From: a bacterium
Lineage (GTDB): Bacteria > Hinthialibacterota > Hinthialibacteria > Hinthialibacterales > Hinthialibacteraceae
Direction of reading: 5' to 3'
Length of the DNA: 64,000 nucleotides
Assembly (NCBI GenBank): GCA_963662285.2
Contig: CAXXMV010000001.1
Span: forward strand, 1,120,001-1,184,000
The translations under genes and the position numbers were made by a program. This document shows, piece by piece, positions 20,589 to 30,217 of the stretch. The notes under the pieces are model-generated. The model saw only the letters and a list, made by a program, of their open reading frames with translations. It did not search any database and was not told the origin of the DNA. Every line of letters starts with the position of its first letter. Positions within the stretch are counted from its first letter, which is position 1.

Positions 20589-21197
20589 TCACCCACCTGC
20601 GATTACTGGAACGCCGGTTACATTTCCACCCCAGCGGCCAATATCGCCTCCGCTGATTAAGCCATTGCTTGCATTGTACATGCGCTGCCGCCCGTGGTCT
20701 CCTGTATTGGTTTTACTTTCAACGTATACCCATTCAATAGCGTTCTGCAAACGGTCTGGTCCCCAGCTGGCGAGGCAGTATCCTTTGGTGCTGAGGTCTT
20801 GGCGGTTTACGGCAATCATCCAGGTATGCCATCCGGCTGGTGGATTAGCCATGAAGTGATAATTAAAGTAGAGATAACTCTCTACATCGTTGCCGGTGTT
20901 GCCTTGCTTAGCTTTGAAAATATCTTTGAAACCAACGCTGCTGATGTATGAGACCGGCGTAGTCAGACCTTTCATGTCAACCGTGAGATGAGATGCATTA
21001 TTGGGATGGCTGTTGCAATCGATATAATAGGAATCAATCGCGGTGCTGATGGCTTTTAAGTCGGCATTGGTGCGGGCGATTCTGGCTCTCAATTGAGCAT
21101 TGAGAAAATTAGGCACGGCTATGGCTGCCAGAATTCCAATTATGGCTACTACAATTAATAACTCGATTAAGGTGAATCCCCGGCTCTTTATAGTCAT
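20589..21197 (-). CDS. Prepilin-type N-terminal cleavage/methylation protein (GspG-like pseudopilin)
   Basis: G|FTLIELLIVVAIIGILAAIAVPNF class III signal. Confidence 0.9.
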   Translation of the reverse strand: MTIKSRGFTLIELLIVVAIIGILAAIAVPNFLNAQLRARIARTNADLKAISTAIDSYYIDCNSHPNNASHLTVDMKGLTTPVSYISSVGFKDIFKAKQGNTGNDVESYLYFNYHFMANPPAGWHTWMIAVNRQDLSTKGYCLASWGPDRLQNAIEWVYVESKTNTGDHGRQRMYNASNGLISGGDIGRWGGNVTGVPVIAGG

Positions 21198-21393
21198 GTG
21201 TTTTGCTCCCACTATGAGATTCCATGTTCATTTTAACACTTTTTAATCGTAACGCAGGCCTTTAATTAGCGTAATACCTACTGCTTGAAATACGCATAAA
21301 TATATCGGGAACGTTTTACTCGCCGCTTTGCTTCTATTGATATATAATAATAAAAGCGGCGTCAAATTGTCTGATAAATCGAGAGTTAATTGA

Positions 21394-24312
21394 GTGACTT
21401 TTTATAAATGCTTCTCGCAAAACATATCTATAAAGCGATATTTGTGTCTGGCGGTAATGATTCTATCTGGTTTTATCGCTCAGGCCGCCGGACCATTGTA
21501 TGTTTCTGATGGTAAACCGACATTATGGCCGGATGACAGCCTTCCCATCGAGTATAACCTGGATTTGGGAGGACTTGGGCCATTCGACCACCAAACTGCG
21601 GTTGATTTGATCATAAATGCGTTTAATCAATGGCAGGAAGTTCCATATACCGCTATGAGTTTCGAGCGAGGTTCTGATCTTCCGGTTGATGTTAATGGTT
21701 CAAATTCATACAGATATTTAGATGGCGCCTATGGCAATGCCAATCCCATTATTTTTGATAACGACGGTTCCATTATCCGGTCTTTATTCGGCATTGGTTC
21801 AGAATCAAACATTCTAGGCTTCGGAGGAGCGGTTTCCTATTCTGGAGGTAAAATTACAAAAGCCCAGGCTGTGTTTAACGGCCGGGCGGCGGAAGAGTCT
21901 GAGATGAGCGCAAATGCCGTTCTTTCAACTGTTTTGCATGAACTTGGGCACTTTATAGGATTGGATCATTCTCAGCAGTTCCGCCATCTGGCTTATGATT
22001 GGGTCGGATGGAATGATGTTTTTGCTCCTATCATGCTGCCCACCGCCGCTGATGATGATTCGTTTCGAATCCATCTTTCCGATGATGATAAATACGCACT
22101 TCAAATACTTTACCCATCGATCGATGCTTCAGATCAAACCGGAACTCTGCAAGGAGTCGTACAAAGGGATGGTCTTGATTCGCCGGGCGTAAATGTAATC
22201 GCACGCCGAATTGGCTCCGTAACAAATCAAACATTTTCAACTGTTACGGGAACCTACCATACAAATCAAGGCAATTTTTCATTCACTCACCTGCCTGCAG
22301 GGCAATATCAGTTATTTATCGAGCCGATTGATCCTTCATATAATAGCATTTCGTCTGTTGGACAGTATGCGGATTCCATGTCAGGTCGTTCGTTTAACAA
22401 TCAACTAGCCATGCAATCTTATCATGTGGATGGCGCAGCTGCTTCACGCAGCGCCTGGTCTCCGATTGTTATCAAAGCAGGAGAGACGGTTGATGATATC
22501 GTGATATCAGTGCAATCGGGTAGAGCCAAAAGCGATGAAACCGATGCTGTTCTGCTTTCTTTTGACGCTCCAGAAGCTGGCGCGGTATCCAGTAATAGTT
22601 ATTCGGCATTTCAATATCTCCTGGCGCCATCTGGCGAGGAAAATAGCATTGAAATTACAGTTAAGGCCGATGATGCTGATTCTCTGTTTGAAATTCTGAT
22701 TCAACAAGGCTCTCGCGCATCATTCTCCAGCCCATCATCTCAAATCAGTGAGCATGGTTTAGCCAGAGTCAGGATTGGCAATAGTGGAGAAATGGGCTTA
22801 TCAGAAGACCGCTATTTCATTGCGGTGCGAAACCTTAGTTTGGGAGATATTTCATTCATTATACAGGCTTCTACAATTCCCGAATTAATCCCCACTCCAA
22901 CCGAAACGCCTATTTATACTCCTACACCAACCGAAACTCCAACAGAAACACCCACTGAAACGCCTTGGCCAACGCCGACTACGACAATGACGCCTACAAT
23001 GACGCCCCGCCCGACGCCGACTGCTATCGAAGTGAATCCATATCTTGGTTTCACGGCAATTGATGAGATTGGCGGCACTTATCTACGCGGGGCGGCGGTG
23101 CATAATTTTGATATCGGCATCACTGGCAATAATGGCAAGATCGCTGTTGAGGGCGTATATGATGGCCTCCCTGATCCATCGGCTTTAGGGCCGTTTTTAA
23201 TATCCGGCAATGTTTTTTATCCTATTGCGCAGGATATTGAGTTTTCCGGGGAACGGGTCGCCGAAGGCAATGGTTCGGAAGGCGTATATTTTCTGATTGG
23301 CGGCTATCTGAACCGTATTCCTCCGGTATCTGGTCGCCTTGGTGCGACAGGGGGCGTCAACCGGGGTGGAATCGATGCCAATAATAATCCTTTGGATAAC
23401 ATTGATTTCGATGCATATTCTGGTGATTTAATTGAGGTTGTCCGTTTTACTGATGAGTCCGGCGTCAAATATTCATCTCCACTGGTTGATATTGAACCGG
23501 CGGGGAACGGTGGATTCTATGTACTTGACCAATACGGGCGCATCTATGCGGAAGGCGATGCTTTGGAATCGCTTGATGCGGCGTCTCCTCCCCCATCAAT
23601 GAATGCCGATGCCAAAGCAGTTGATCTGGAAATCTACCGCGGGCGGGAAATAGATATTTCTAATAGCCGTTACAGTACGGATATGATCGGAAAGGGAGCG
23701 TATATTCTAGATAGTTTTGGAACTATCTATACGCTGGGCGACGCGCCATTGGTCAATGCGGAGAACCTGCCCGTTTTGACGGAAGAGGCGCCCTTCATAT
23801 ATCATGATATTGAATTAATTCCTGATCCCAATGGGATGGCATTCATCGGACTAGGCGTATTGCGTGGAGACGGGATTATCTTTTTCGCGCCATTTGAAGA
23901 TGTAGAAGTTACTGAACAAATTGAAGAATATATTCGATTTTTGAATCCATTCAGCCAAATTTCACGGGGATTCAATTTTGATATCGCTCGTGGCTTTGAA
24001 GTTGAAATCAGCGATTATCCTATATATGGCCTGGATAAGCATGGAGAAACCATTAAAACATCTACCCGCAGAATCGGCGTCTTTATGCTGGATGGTTTTG
24101 GAGGGATACATACAGGTGGGAGATCGACGCTTTATATCCCTGCATTTGGCGTTTCCGGAGAAGATCAGCGCATAATTGATGGTTTTTCCGCAGTCCCATA
24201 TCCAGCCAATATTCCATACTTTGGAGTAGATATTGTGAAGGATATAGAAATCGCGCCCTTGATTCACCGTTCTACAACGGCTAAACAGATTAATAGGCTT
24301 TTATTGCGATGA
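21394..24312 (+). CDS. Secreted metzincin (matrixin-like) protease with PT linker and repeat C-terminal domain
   Basis: Signal peptide, HELGHFIGLDH, Met-turn PIMLP, PT-rich linker, repeated GxY(V/I)LDxxGxI units. Confidence 0.8.
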   Translation: MTFYKCFSQNISIKRYLCLAVMILSGFIAQAAGPLYVSDGKPTLWPDDSLPIEYNLDLGGLGPFDHQTAVDLIINAFNQWQEVPYTAMSFERGSDLPVDVNGSNSYRYLDGAYGNANPIIFDNDGSIIRSLFGIGSESNILGFGGAVSYSGGKITKAQAVFNGRAAEESEMSANAVLSTVLHELGHFIGLDHSQQFRHLAYDWVGWNDVFAPIMLPTAADDDSFRIHLSDDDKYALQILYPSIDASDQTGTLQGVVQRDGLDSPGVNVIARRIGSVTNQTFSTVTGTYHTNQGNFSFTHLPAGQYQLFIEPIDPSYNSISSVGQYADSMSGRSFNNQLAMQSYHVDGAAASRSAWSPIVIKAGETVDDIVISVQSGRAKSDETDAVLLSFDAPEAGAVSSNSYSAFQYLLAPSGEENSIEITVKADDADSLFEILIQQGSRASFSSPSSQISEHGLARVRIGNSGEMGLSEDRYFIAVRNLSLGDISFIIQASTIPELIPTPTETPIYTPTPTETPTETPTETPWPTPTTTMTPTMTPRPTPTAIEVNPYLGFTAIDEIGGTYLRGAAVHNFDIGITGNNGKIAVEGVYDGLPDPSALGPFLISGNVFYPIAQDIEFSGERVAEGNGSEGVYFLIGGYLNRIPPVSGRLGATGGVNRGGIDANNNPLDNIDFDAYSGDLIEVVRFTDESGVKYSSPLVDIEPAGNGGFYVLDQYGRIYAEGDALESLDAASPPPSMNADAKAVDLEIYRGREIDISNSRYSTDMIGKGAYILDSFGTIYTLGDAPLVNAENLPVLTEEAPFIYHDIELIPDPNGMAFIGLGVLRGDGIIFFAPFEDVEVTEQIEEYIRFLNPFSQISRGFNFDIARGFEVEISDYPIYGLDKHGETIKTSTRRIGVFMLDGFGGIHTGGRSTLYIPAFGVSGEDQRIIDGFSAVPYPANIPYFGVDIVKDIEIAPLIHRSTTAKQINRLLLR

Positions 24313-26213
24313 AGCCTAATAGCAAATTAATAAAGATATGGGTGAGAATGATACGAGTAATTTATAGAAATTTGTCCTACATGCATTTCTCTGCAAATTA
24401 TTGTCTTGGTTTTATTATAACTCTTGTTTGTTTAGGGTGTTTGCTAATAAATCCAGCCTGGTCCGGAGGTCCATTGATCGTCACAAATGGCATTCCTGCA
24501 TTATGGCCGGAAAATAAAACTATTGTTTATACTATAGATCAAGGCGCCCTGGGAACCTTTAGCAATCTGCAAGCGTCAAGCATGATAACCCGCGCTTTTA
24601 ACCAATGGAATCAGGTCTCGACGTCATGGCTGACCTTTACCCGCAATGCAGAGTCATTGCCGGTTGATGTCACCTCATATAATTTTGAACAAATCCTTGA
24701 CAGTCTACCCGATAATTCAAATCCTATCATCTTTGATAACGACGGAGAAATCATCGAGGCTTTAGCAGGCCAATATTCGAAAAGTTACATTTTAGGATTC
24801 GCCAGCGTCCATTCGTATGGCAATGAAATTGTCATGACGCGCTCTTATTACAATGGCTACTTCATCACGCAACAAAAACAAACTGAGGCTCAAATTTTCT
24901 CAACTCTATTGCATGAGATCGGGCATATGTGTGGATTGGATCACGCCCAGCATTCCCGTCATATTGCTTTTAATAACGTGTTTACTGATGATGACGTGGT
25001 TCCCATAATGTTCCCCACCTCAACCGGTGAAGAAGATAAAAGAGACCAACTCACTTTTGATGATAAATTAGCCATCTCTAATCTATATTCAACATTATTT
25101 CACCGTACTTCTACCGGGTCTATATCCGGCGCGGTAAAACGCGATAACAAGGGCTTGCCAGGCGTGAATGTGATCGCCCGTAATATAGATGATCCGTTCA
25201 AACAGGTGTCAACAACGGTAACGGGAACCTTCGATCAGAATCAAGGAACCTATGAATTAAAAGGGCTTCCGCCCGGTAATTATGAAGTGATGGTCGAAGC
25301 AATTGATGAAATGTTTAACGATTATTCCAGCGTCGGGCAATATGCGGAGAGTTCCAGTGATCGGTCATTCAGGTCGCCGATTAAACCGGAATACTACAAC
25401 CAGAATGATAGCGCAAACGAGAGCCGCAGCACTATGGATTTAGTGCAGACGTCGAAATCCAGAACCACATCCGGTATTGATATAAACGTTGACACCAGTT
25501 CTTTACCCAGTGACGAAGAGACGATTCGATTATTAGCCATAAATTCCAAAGCCAATGGCGCCGCATCAAGCAATAGTGGATCGGTGGAGTATCTTCTAGA
25601 GCCTTCCGGCAACGAAGGCTCGATTGTGATTGACGTGGAGTTTTCTTCTTCGGCAAGTTATAAGATATATGTTGAGAGGGAACGCAGCAGCGGCGCTCCC
25701 CTACTCTATACCATATCAGGTAATTCCCAGTCAAAAACGGTTGTCATTGGAGCAGATAGCAACATCCCTCTGTTTGATACCCGTTATTTTATTAATGTAT
25801 TCAATTCCGGCTCGTCTGATAAGACATTTACGATATCTGTCAGTAATCAGGATATCACTCCGTCTCCTACTCCGACGGCGACTTTTACCTCAACCCCAAC
25901 AGCGACATTTTCTCCAACACCTGAAAATACAGCAACGCCGATAGTTATAATGACGCCCACTCCCACGCCGACTTTCACCCCGACGCCTTCGCCCAGGGGG
26001 ACGCCGACTCCCAGGTCTCTGGTTGGAGATGTGAATCAGGATGGCGTGATTAATGCGCTGGATATCTTCTCTTTTTCGGTTGATTGGCAGGAGAGCGCGG
26101 CAGCGGCGGATTTCTTGTCCAATATCAATAAGAATAGATCATTGGTAATTGATTATTCCGATCTAATGAATTTGATCGAGATATATAAAACAACTAAAGA
26201 AGAGACCCCATAA
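24309..26213 (+). CDS. Secreted metzincin protease with PT linker and dockerin-like C-terminus
   Basis: HEIGHMCGLDH, PIMFP, PT linker, GDVNQDGVINALD; true start may be further downstream. Confidence 0.8.
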   Translation: MKPNSKLIKIWVRMIRVIYRNLSYMHFSANYCLGFIITLVCLGCLLINPAWSGGPLIVTNGIPALWPENKTIVYTIDQGALGTFSNLQASSMITRAFNQWNQVSTSWLTFTRNAESLPVDVTSYNFEQILDSLPDNSNPIIFDNDGEIIEALAGQYSKSYILGFASVHSYGNEIVMTRSYYNGYFITQQKQTEAQIFSTLLHEIGHMCGLDHAQHSRHIAFNNVFTDDDVVPIMFPTSTGEEDKRDQLTFDDKLAISNLYSTLFHRTSTGSISGAVKRDNKGLPGVNVIARNIDDPFKQVSTTVTGTFDQNQGTYELKGLPPGNYEVMVEAIDEMFNDYSSVGQYAESSSDRSFRSPIKPEYYNQNDSANESRSTMDLVQTSKSRTTSGIDINVDTSSLPSDEETIRLLAINSKANGAASSNSGSVEYLLEPSGNEGSIVIDVEFSSSASYKIYVERERSSGAPLLYTISGNSQSKTVVIGADSNIPLFDTRYFINVFNSGSSDKTFTISVSNQDITPSPTPTATFTSTPTATFSPTPENTATPIVIMTPTPTPTFTPTPSPRGTPTPRSLVGDVNQDGVINALDIFSFSVDWQESAAAADFLSNINKNRSLVIDYSDLMNLIEIYKTTKEETP

Positions 26214-26227
26214 GCAGTCTCTTCTTT
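26196..26227. terminator. Terminator hairpin between convergent genes
   Basis: AAAGAAGAGAC...GTCTCTTCTTT. Confidence 0.55.
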
Positions 26228-26235
26228 TGGAAATT

Positions 26236-27738
26236 TTATTCCTTTATCTCATTGGCTAACATCTGCCGCAAGGCCTTTTTTTCTATGGTTCCTTTGGCGG
26301 TTCGCGGCATTTGATCGACGAAAGTAAAACTATCAGGTATTTTGTATTCTCCCAGATGCTCGCGGCAGAATTTCCTCAAGACTGATTCATTGACATCATC
26401 CCGCGCCTGTTCGGCAAGCAGAACGAAGGCATGTGGAACTTCCTGGCGAAGTATATTCGGTTTGGCGACTACAGCTGATTCAATTACTGCGGGATGTTTA
26501 GCCAGTGTGTCTTCGATCTCTTGTGGATAGATATTCTCACCACCGCACAGGATAATATCTTTCAAGCGTCCCGCGATTTTCAAGTAACCATCTTCATCAA
26601 TCGATGCCATGTCTCCGGTTCGCAGCCAGCCTTCTTCATAAAAAGCAGCGTTGGTTGCTGCTTCGTTTTTGTAATAACCTTTCATAACCAGGTCGCCGCG
26701 GACGCATAGCTCGCCGATCTGATTCACGCCGAGAATAACGCCTTGTTCATCCCGCACCTGTACTTCCACACCGGGTAATGGCGGCCCGATGGTCCCGACT
26801 TTTATGCTTTCCGGGCGATTATACGCAACAACGGGAGAGGTTTCAGTCAATCCATAGCCCTGGAGAATTTCGTGGTTATATTTTTTCTTGAAGGCATAAT
26901 AAACCTCATCGGGCAACGGGCCTCCACCGGAAATGGCGAAACGCAAGTTATTATTTGCAGCTGCGCTGTCTGGAGCAAAACGCGCAGCCATCATCAACAT
27001 CGGAGATACGGCGGCAAAGATAATATTCGGTTCAGTCAAGAATGCCTCAACAATTTTCCGGGGATCGAACTGGATGAATAGGTGCAGCCGTGATCCAGTC
27101 AACAACGCGCCATACAGATTCACTGTCATAGCGTAGGTGTGATGAAGGGGGAGACAGCCTATGAATGTATCATGTTCGTTGAAATTAATAATTTGTTTGA
27201 AGCCTAGATAATTGGTATATATGTTCTTGTGGCTCAGCATTACGCCTTTGGGATTGCCGGTTGTGCCTGATGTATAAAGCAGCATGGATACTTCATCTGC
27301 TTTGGTAGTAGGAGATAACGGCGATGCTTCGGTCATGCCTTCTTTGACCAGGTCAACAATTGAAACCAGCTCGATATCATGACCGGATAGCTCTATGGCT
27401 TTTTTTGTAATCTCTTCCATTGCCGGATCAAATAGCAGCAAGTTAATGTCAGAATGGCGCATCAGCGATGCAATCTCTTCGGGATTCAACAATGGGCTGA
27501 AGGGAACCACAATATGTCCGGCGCCATGGATTCCAATTAAGCCGAAGACGAAATTGGGCGTATTGGGGGCGAATAGCCCGATATGGCATCGTTCTGGAAT
27601 GCGCTTTTTCAATGCATGACCCAAAGCGTTGCTGTTTTGTGACAATTGGCTGTAAGAAAGTTCTCCGCCTTCCCAAGTCAAGGCGGTTCTTTCCGCATTT
27701 TTCCGCGCTGATTCAATAAAAGCCGAATATAATTCCAT
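26236..27738 (-). CDS. Long-chain fatty acid-CoA ligase (AMP-binding)
   Basis: YTSGTTGNPKG, GYGLTETSP, WLRTGD. Confidence 0.9.
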   Translation of the reverse strand: MELYSAFIESARKNAERTALTWEGGELSYSQLSQNSNALGHALKKRIPERCHIGLFAPNTPNFVFGLIGIHGAGHIVVPFSPLLNPEEIASLMRHSDINLLLFDPAMEEITKKAIELSGHDIELVSIVDLVKEGMTEASPLSPTTKADEVSMLLYTSGTTGNPKGVMLSHKNIYTNYLGFKQIINFNEHDTFIGCLPLHHTYAMTVNLYGALLTGSRLHLFIQFDPRKIVEAFLTEPNIIFAAVSPMLMMAARFAPDSAAANNNLRFAISGGGPLPDEVYYAFKKKYNHEILQGYGLTETSPVVAYNRPESIKVGTIGPPLPGVEVQVRDEQGVILGVNQIGELCVRGDLVMKGYYKNEAATNAAFYEEGWLRTGDMASIDEDGYLKIAGRLKDIILCGGENIYPQEIEDTLAKHPAVIESAVVAKPNILRQEVPHAFVLLAEQARDDVNESVLRKFCREHLGEYKIPDSFTFVDQMPRTAKGTIEKKALRQMLANEIKE

Positions 27739-27849
27739 CGTATATAACTGCTCCTAATCTTCTTCTAGACTACGTTGAGATTTAAATTGAATAGAATAAC
27801 ATAAAAGCGTTAAAAATGAACGCAAGATGTTAAGAATGGTGGATATAAA

Positions 27850-28743
27850 TCATATTTGTTCATTATAAACTGGGAATTTATTTATTCCGTCGCCATGAAT
27901 TTCGAAGAAAACGACCTCTGGACGGCATAAAAAGCGGGGTCTGGATAATCGGCTTGATCCCAGCCCCCGCGTGGTGTAATAGGTTGTTCCATCTAACTGA
28001 TTGAATCCATAAGCCATTTTTCTAGGCGCCATTGAGCGGGTTATGATTGGCCCCCAAAAGGGTATGCATATCTGACCTCCATGAGTATGGCCTGATAAAA
28101 CCAGATCGGCGCCGACTTGGGCTAACTCCTGATATTTGTCGGGCGTGTGGATTAGAGTAAAACATAGTCCCTTTTTTTTATAATCCTTAAAAGTTGCCGG
28201 GATATCATCATGTTCGGTATATGGATCATCTATGCCAGCTATGGTAACAGGCATCCCATCCACTTTTACCGTCACTCTCTGGTTTTGCAAGACAACAATG
28301 CCTATCTCGGTCAGGCGTTGGGTGAGTTGTTCATGATCGTTGTAAACATGACATAAATCGTAGACCGAGGTGCTGGTGCGATGAAGAATGTTTTTTAGGC
28401 CAACGTGCAGAAAATCGTGGTTTCCGAGTACTGCATATATCCCATATCGCGCTTTCAGCGGACGCAGGGCTTCGATGCACAGGTCTATTCCCTGGTTGTT
28501 GTCGATAAAATCTCCAGTAAAAAAGATGAAATCCACTTCACAATCGGCCAATTGGTGCAGGAACTTTTTGCGGCCAACCGCTCCTTTGAAAAAATGAAGA
28601 TCGGATAAGTGTAGAATCCTTAGCGGTTTAGGCAGTGAACCGAGCAATTGGACTTTATGATGTAATATCCTTCGCCAACGCGGTTCGATAAACCAACTAT
28701 ATAAAGAAAAACCCGCCGCCGCAGCGGTCGCTTCAAGCCACAT
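27850..28743 (-). CDS. Metallophosphoesterase (YkuE/YaeI-like)
   Basis: SDLH, TGDF, LGNHD, SGHTHGGQI. Confidence 0.9.
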   Translation of the reverse strand: MWLEATAAAAGFSLYSWFIEPRWRRILHHKVQLLGSLPKPLRILHLSDLHFFKGAVGRKKFLHQLADCEVDFIFFTGDFIDNNQGIDLCIEALRPLKARYGIYAVLGNHDFLHVGLKNILHRTSTSVYDLCHVYNDHEQLTQRLTEIGIVVLQNQRVTVKVDGMPVTIAGIDDPYTEHDDIPATFKDYKKKGLCFTLIHTPDKYQELAQVGADLVLSGHTHGGQICIPFWGPIITRSMAPRKMAYGFNQLDGTTYYTTRGLGSSRLSRPRFLCRPEVVFFEIHGDGINKFPVYNEQI

Positions 28744-28908
28744 TATGTTTACTCCTATTTATGAACATATTAGAAAATATACTTTTATAATTTTCTAAGA
28801 CCAAGGAGTGCGATGATTGACACGCTGCGCTTTGGCATGAGACAATTGATTGAAATCTCTACTAAAGTGATGTTTTTCGTATTTGTTCTTCAATAAAGGA
28901 GCCTGAAA

Positions 28909-30135
28909 TTGACAAAATGCACGCCAGTATCTGAATCAAACCGAATCGAATCTATTGACGTCCTGCGCGGTTTCGCACTATTGGGAATTCTGGTAATTAA
29001 CATTAATTCATTCGGTATGCCCTGGGCGACGGTGGATGCTAATCCTGTTTCTTACGGCGATATGAGTGGATGTAATATTTTGGTTTGGTTTATTTCTACT
29101 CTTTTTTTTAAGATAAAAATGATGAATATTTTCGCTATGCTGTTCGGCGCAGGTTTGGTTTTGATGACCAGCCGGATGGATCAAGGCGGCGCTTCATCTT
29201 GGAAAATATACTACCGTAGATCTTTGATACTGTTATTCTTTGGCGCGATTCACTCTTATTTGATCTGGGATGGAGACATTTTGCTGGTGTATGCGGTGTG
29301 CGGCTTCATCATCTTCTGGTTTAGAAAATTATCAGCCAAGTGGTTGATTATGATTGTCATCCTCATTATTTGCGCCCGGTTCGGGATGATGACCGGAAAA
29401 ATTGCTGGATTTGATAATCTAACCCAAGAGGAATTAAATCGTATGCGTGATTCATGGAATTGCGCAGATTCGGTAAAAACGGAACTGACTCAATATCGCG
29501 GTGGTTTTATACAGAACTTGTTATACCGGATAAAATCCAGCAGTTCCTGGCACATGAGTATCTTTACCGGATTTGGATTGCTGCAATTTTTGCAAATGAT
29601 GTTTTTAGGCATGGGTTTGTATAAATTGGATATTTTTAGCGCCGTACGTTCTTACCGGTTTTATCTTATCATGATAATCATTGGCTTTCTGACGGGATTA
29701 TCAATGACCGGCTATGGCGTCTTTTGCTTGGTGAATTCCAACTGGGATGCGGTTGTTGGGCGTTCAATATATAAGCCTTTGTTATATTTCTCTTCTCTTT
29801 TTATCAGCCTGGGTTGGATCGGCTTGGTTATGATGGCGTGCAAGGGCGGATGCTGCCGGTGGTTGCTTAGATGCTATGCTGCTGCGGGTCGAATGGCGTT
29901 GAGCAATTATCTTATGCATAGTTTCATCTGCACATTTATATTTTATGGATTCGGTCTGGGATATTACGGCTATCTGGAGCGCTGGGAATTAATAGTAGTA
30001 GTGGCTTCGATATGGGGATTGCAATTACTAATATCTCCAATCTGGTTGCGCTATTTCCGTTTCGGGCCGTTTGAATGGCTATGGCGTTCTTTGACCTATC
30101 TTAGTTTTCCGCCCTTCAGGCGCCGCAAAGTGTGA
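28909..30135 (+). CDS. DUF418 (YeiB-like) membrane protein
   Basis: RIESIDVLRGFALLGIL, GRMALSNY, FRFGPFEWLWRSLTY. Confidence 0.9.
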   Translation: MTKCTPVSESNRIESIDVLRGFALLGILVININSFGMPWATVDANPVSYGDMSGCNILVWFISTLFFKIKMMNIFAMLFGAGLVLMTSRMDQGGASSWKIYYRRSLILLFFGAIHSYLIWDGDILLVYAVCGFIIFWFRKLSAKWLIMIVILIICARFGMMTGKIAGFDNLTQEELNRMRDSWNCADSVKTELTQYRGGFIQNLLYRIKSSSSWHMSIFTGFGLLQFLQMMFLGMGLYKLDIFSAVRSYRFYLIMIIIGFLTGLSMTGYGVFCLVNSNWDAVVGRSIYKPLLYFSSLFISLGWIGLVMMACKGGCCRWLLRCYAAAGRMALSNYLMHSFICTFIFYGFGLGYYGYLERWELIVVVASIWGLQLLISPIWLRYFRFGPFEWLWRSLTYLSFPPFRRRKV

Positions 30136-30217
30136 TCATGAGCGTGTTCTTAAAGAATGCTTGACATCTTTATGTCTATAGTGAGAGAATGGATAAAACC
30201 TACAGGGAGCAATCATA

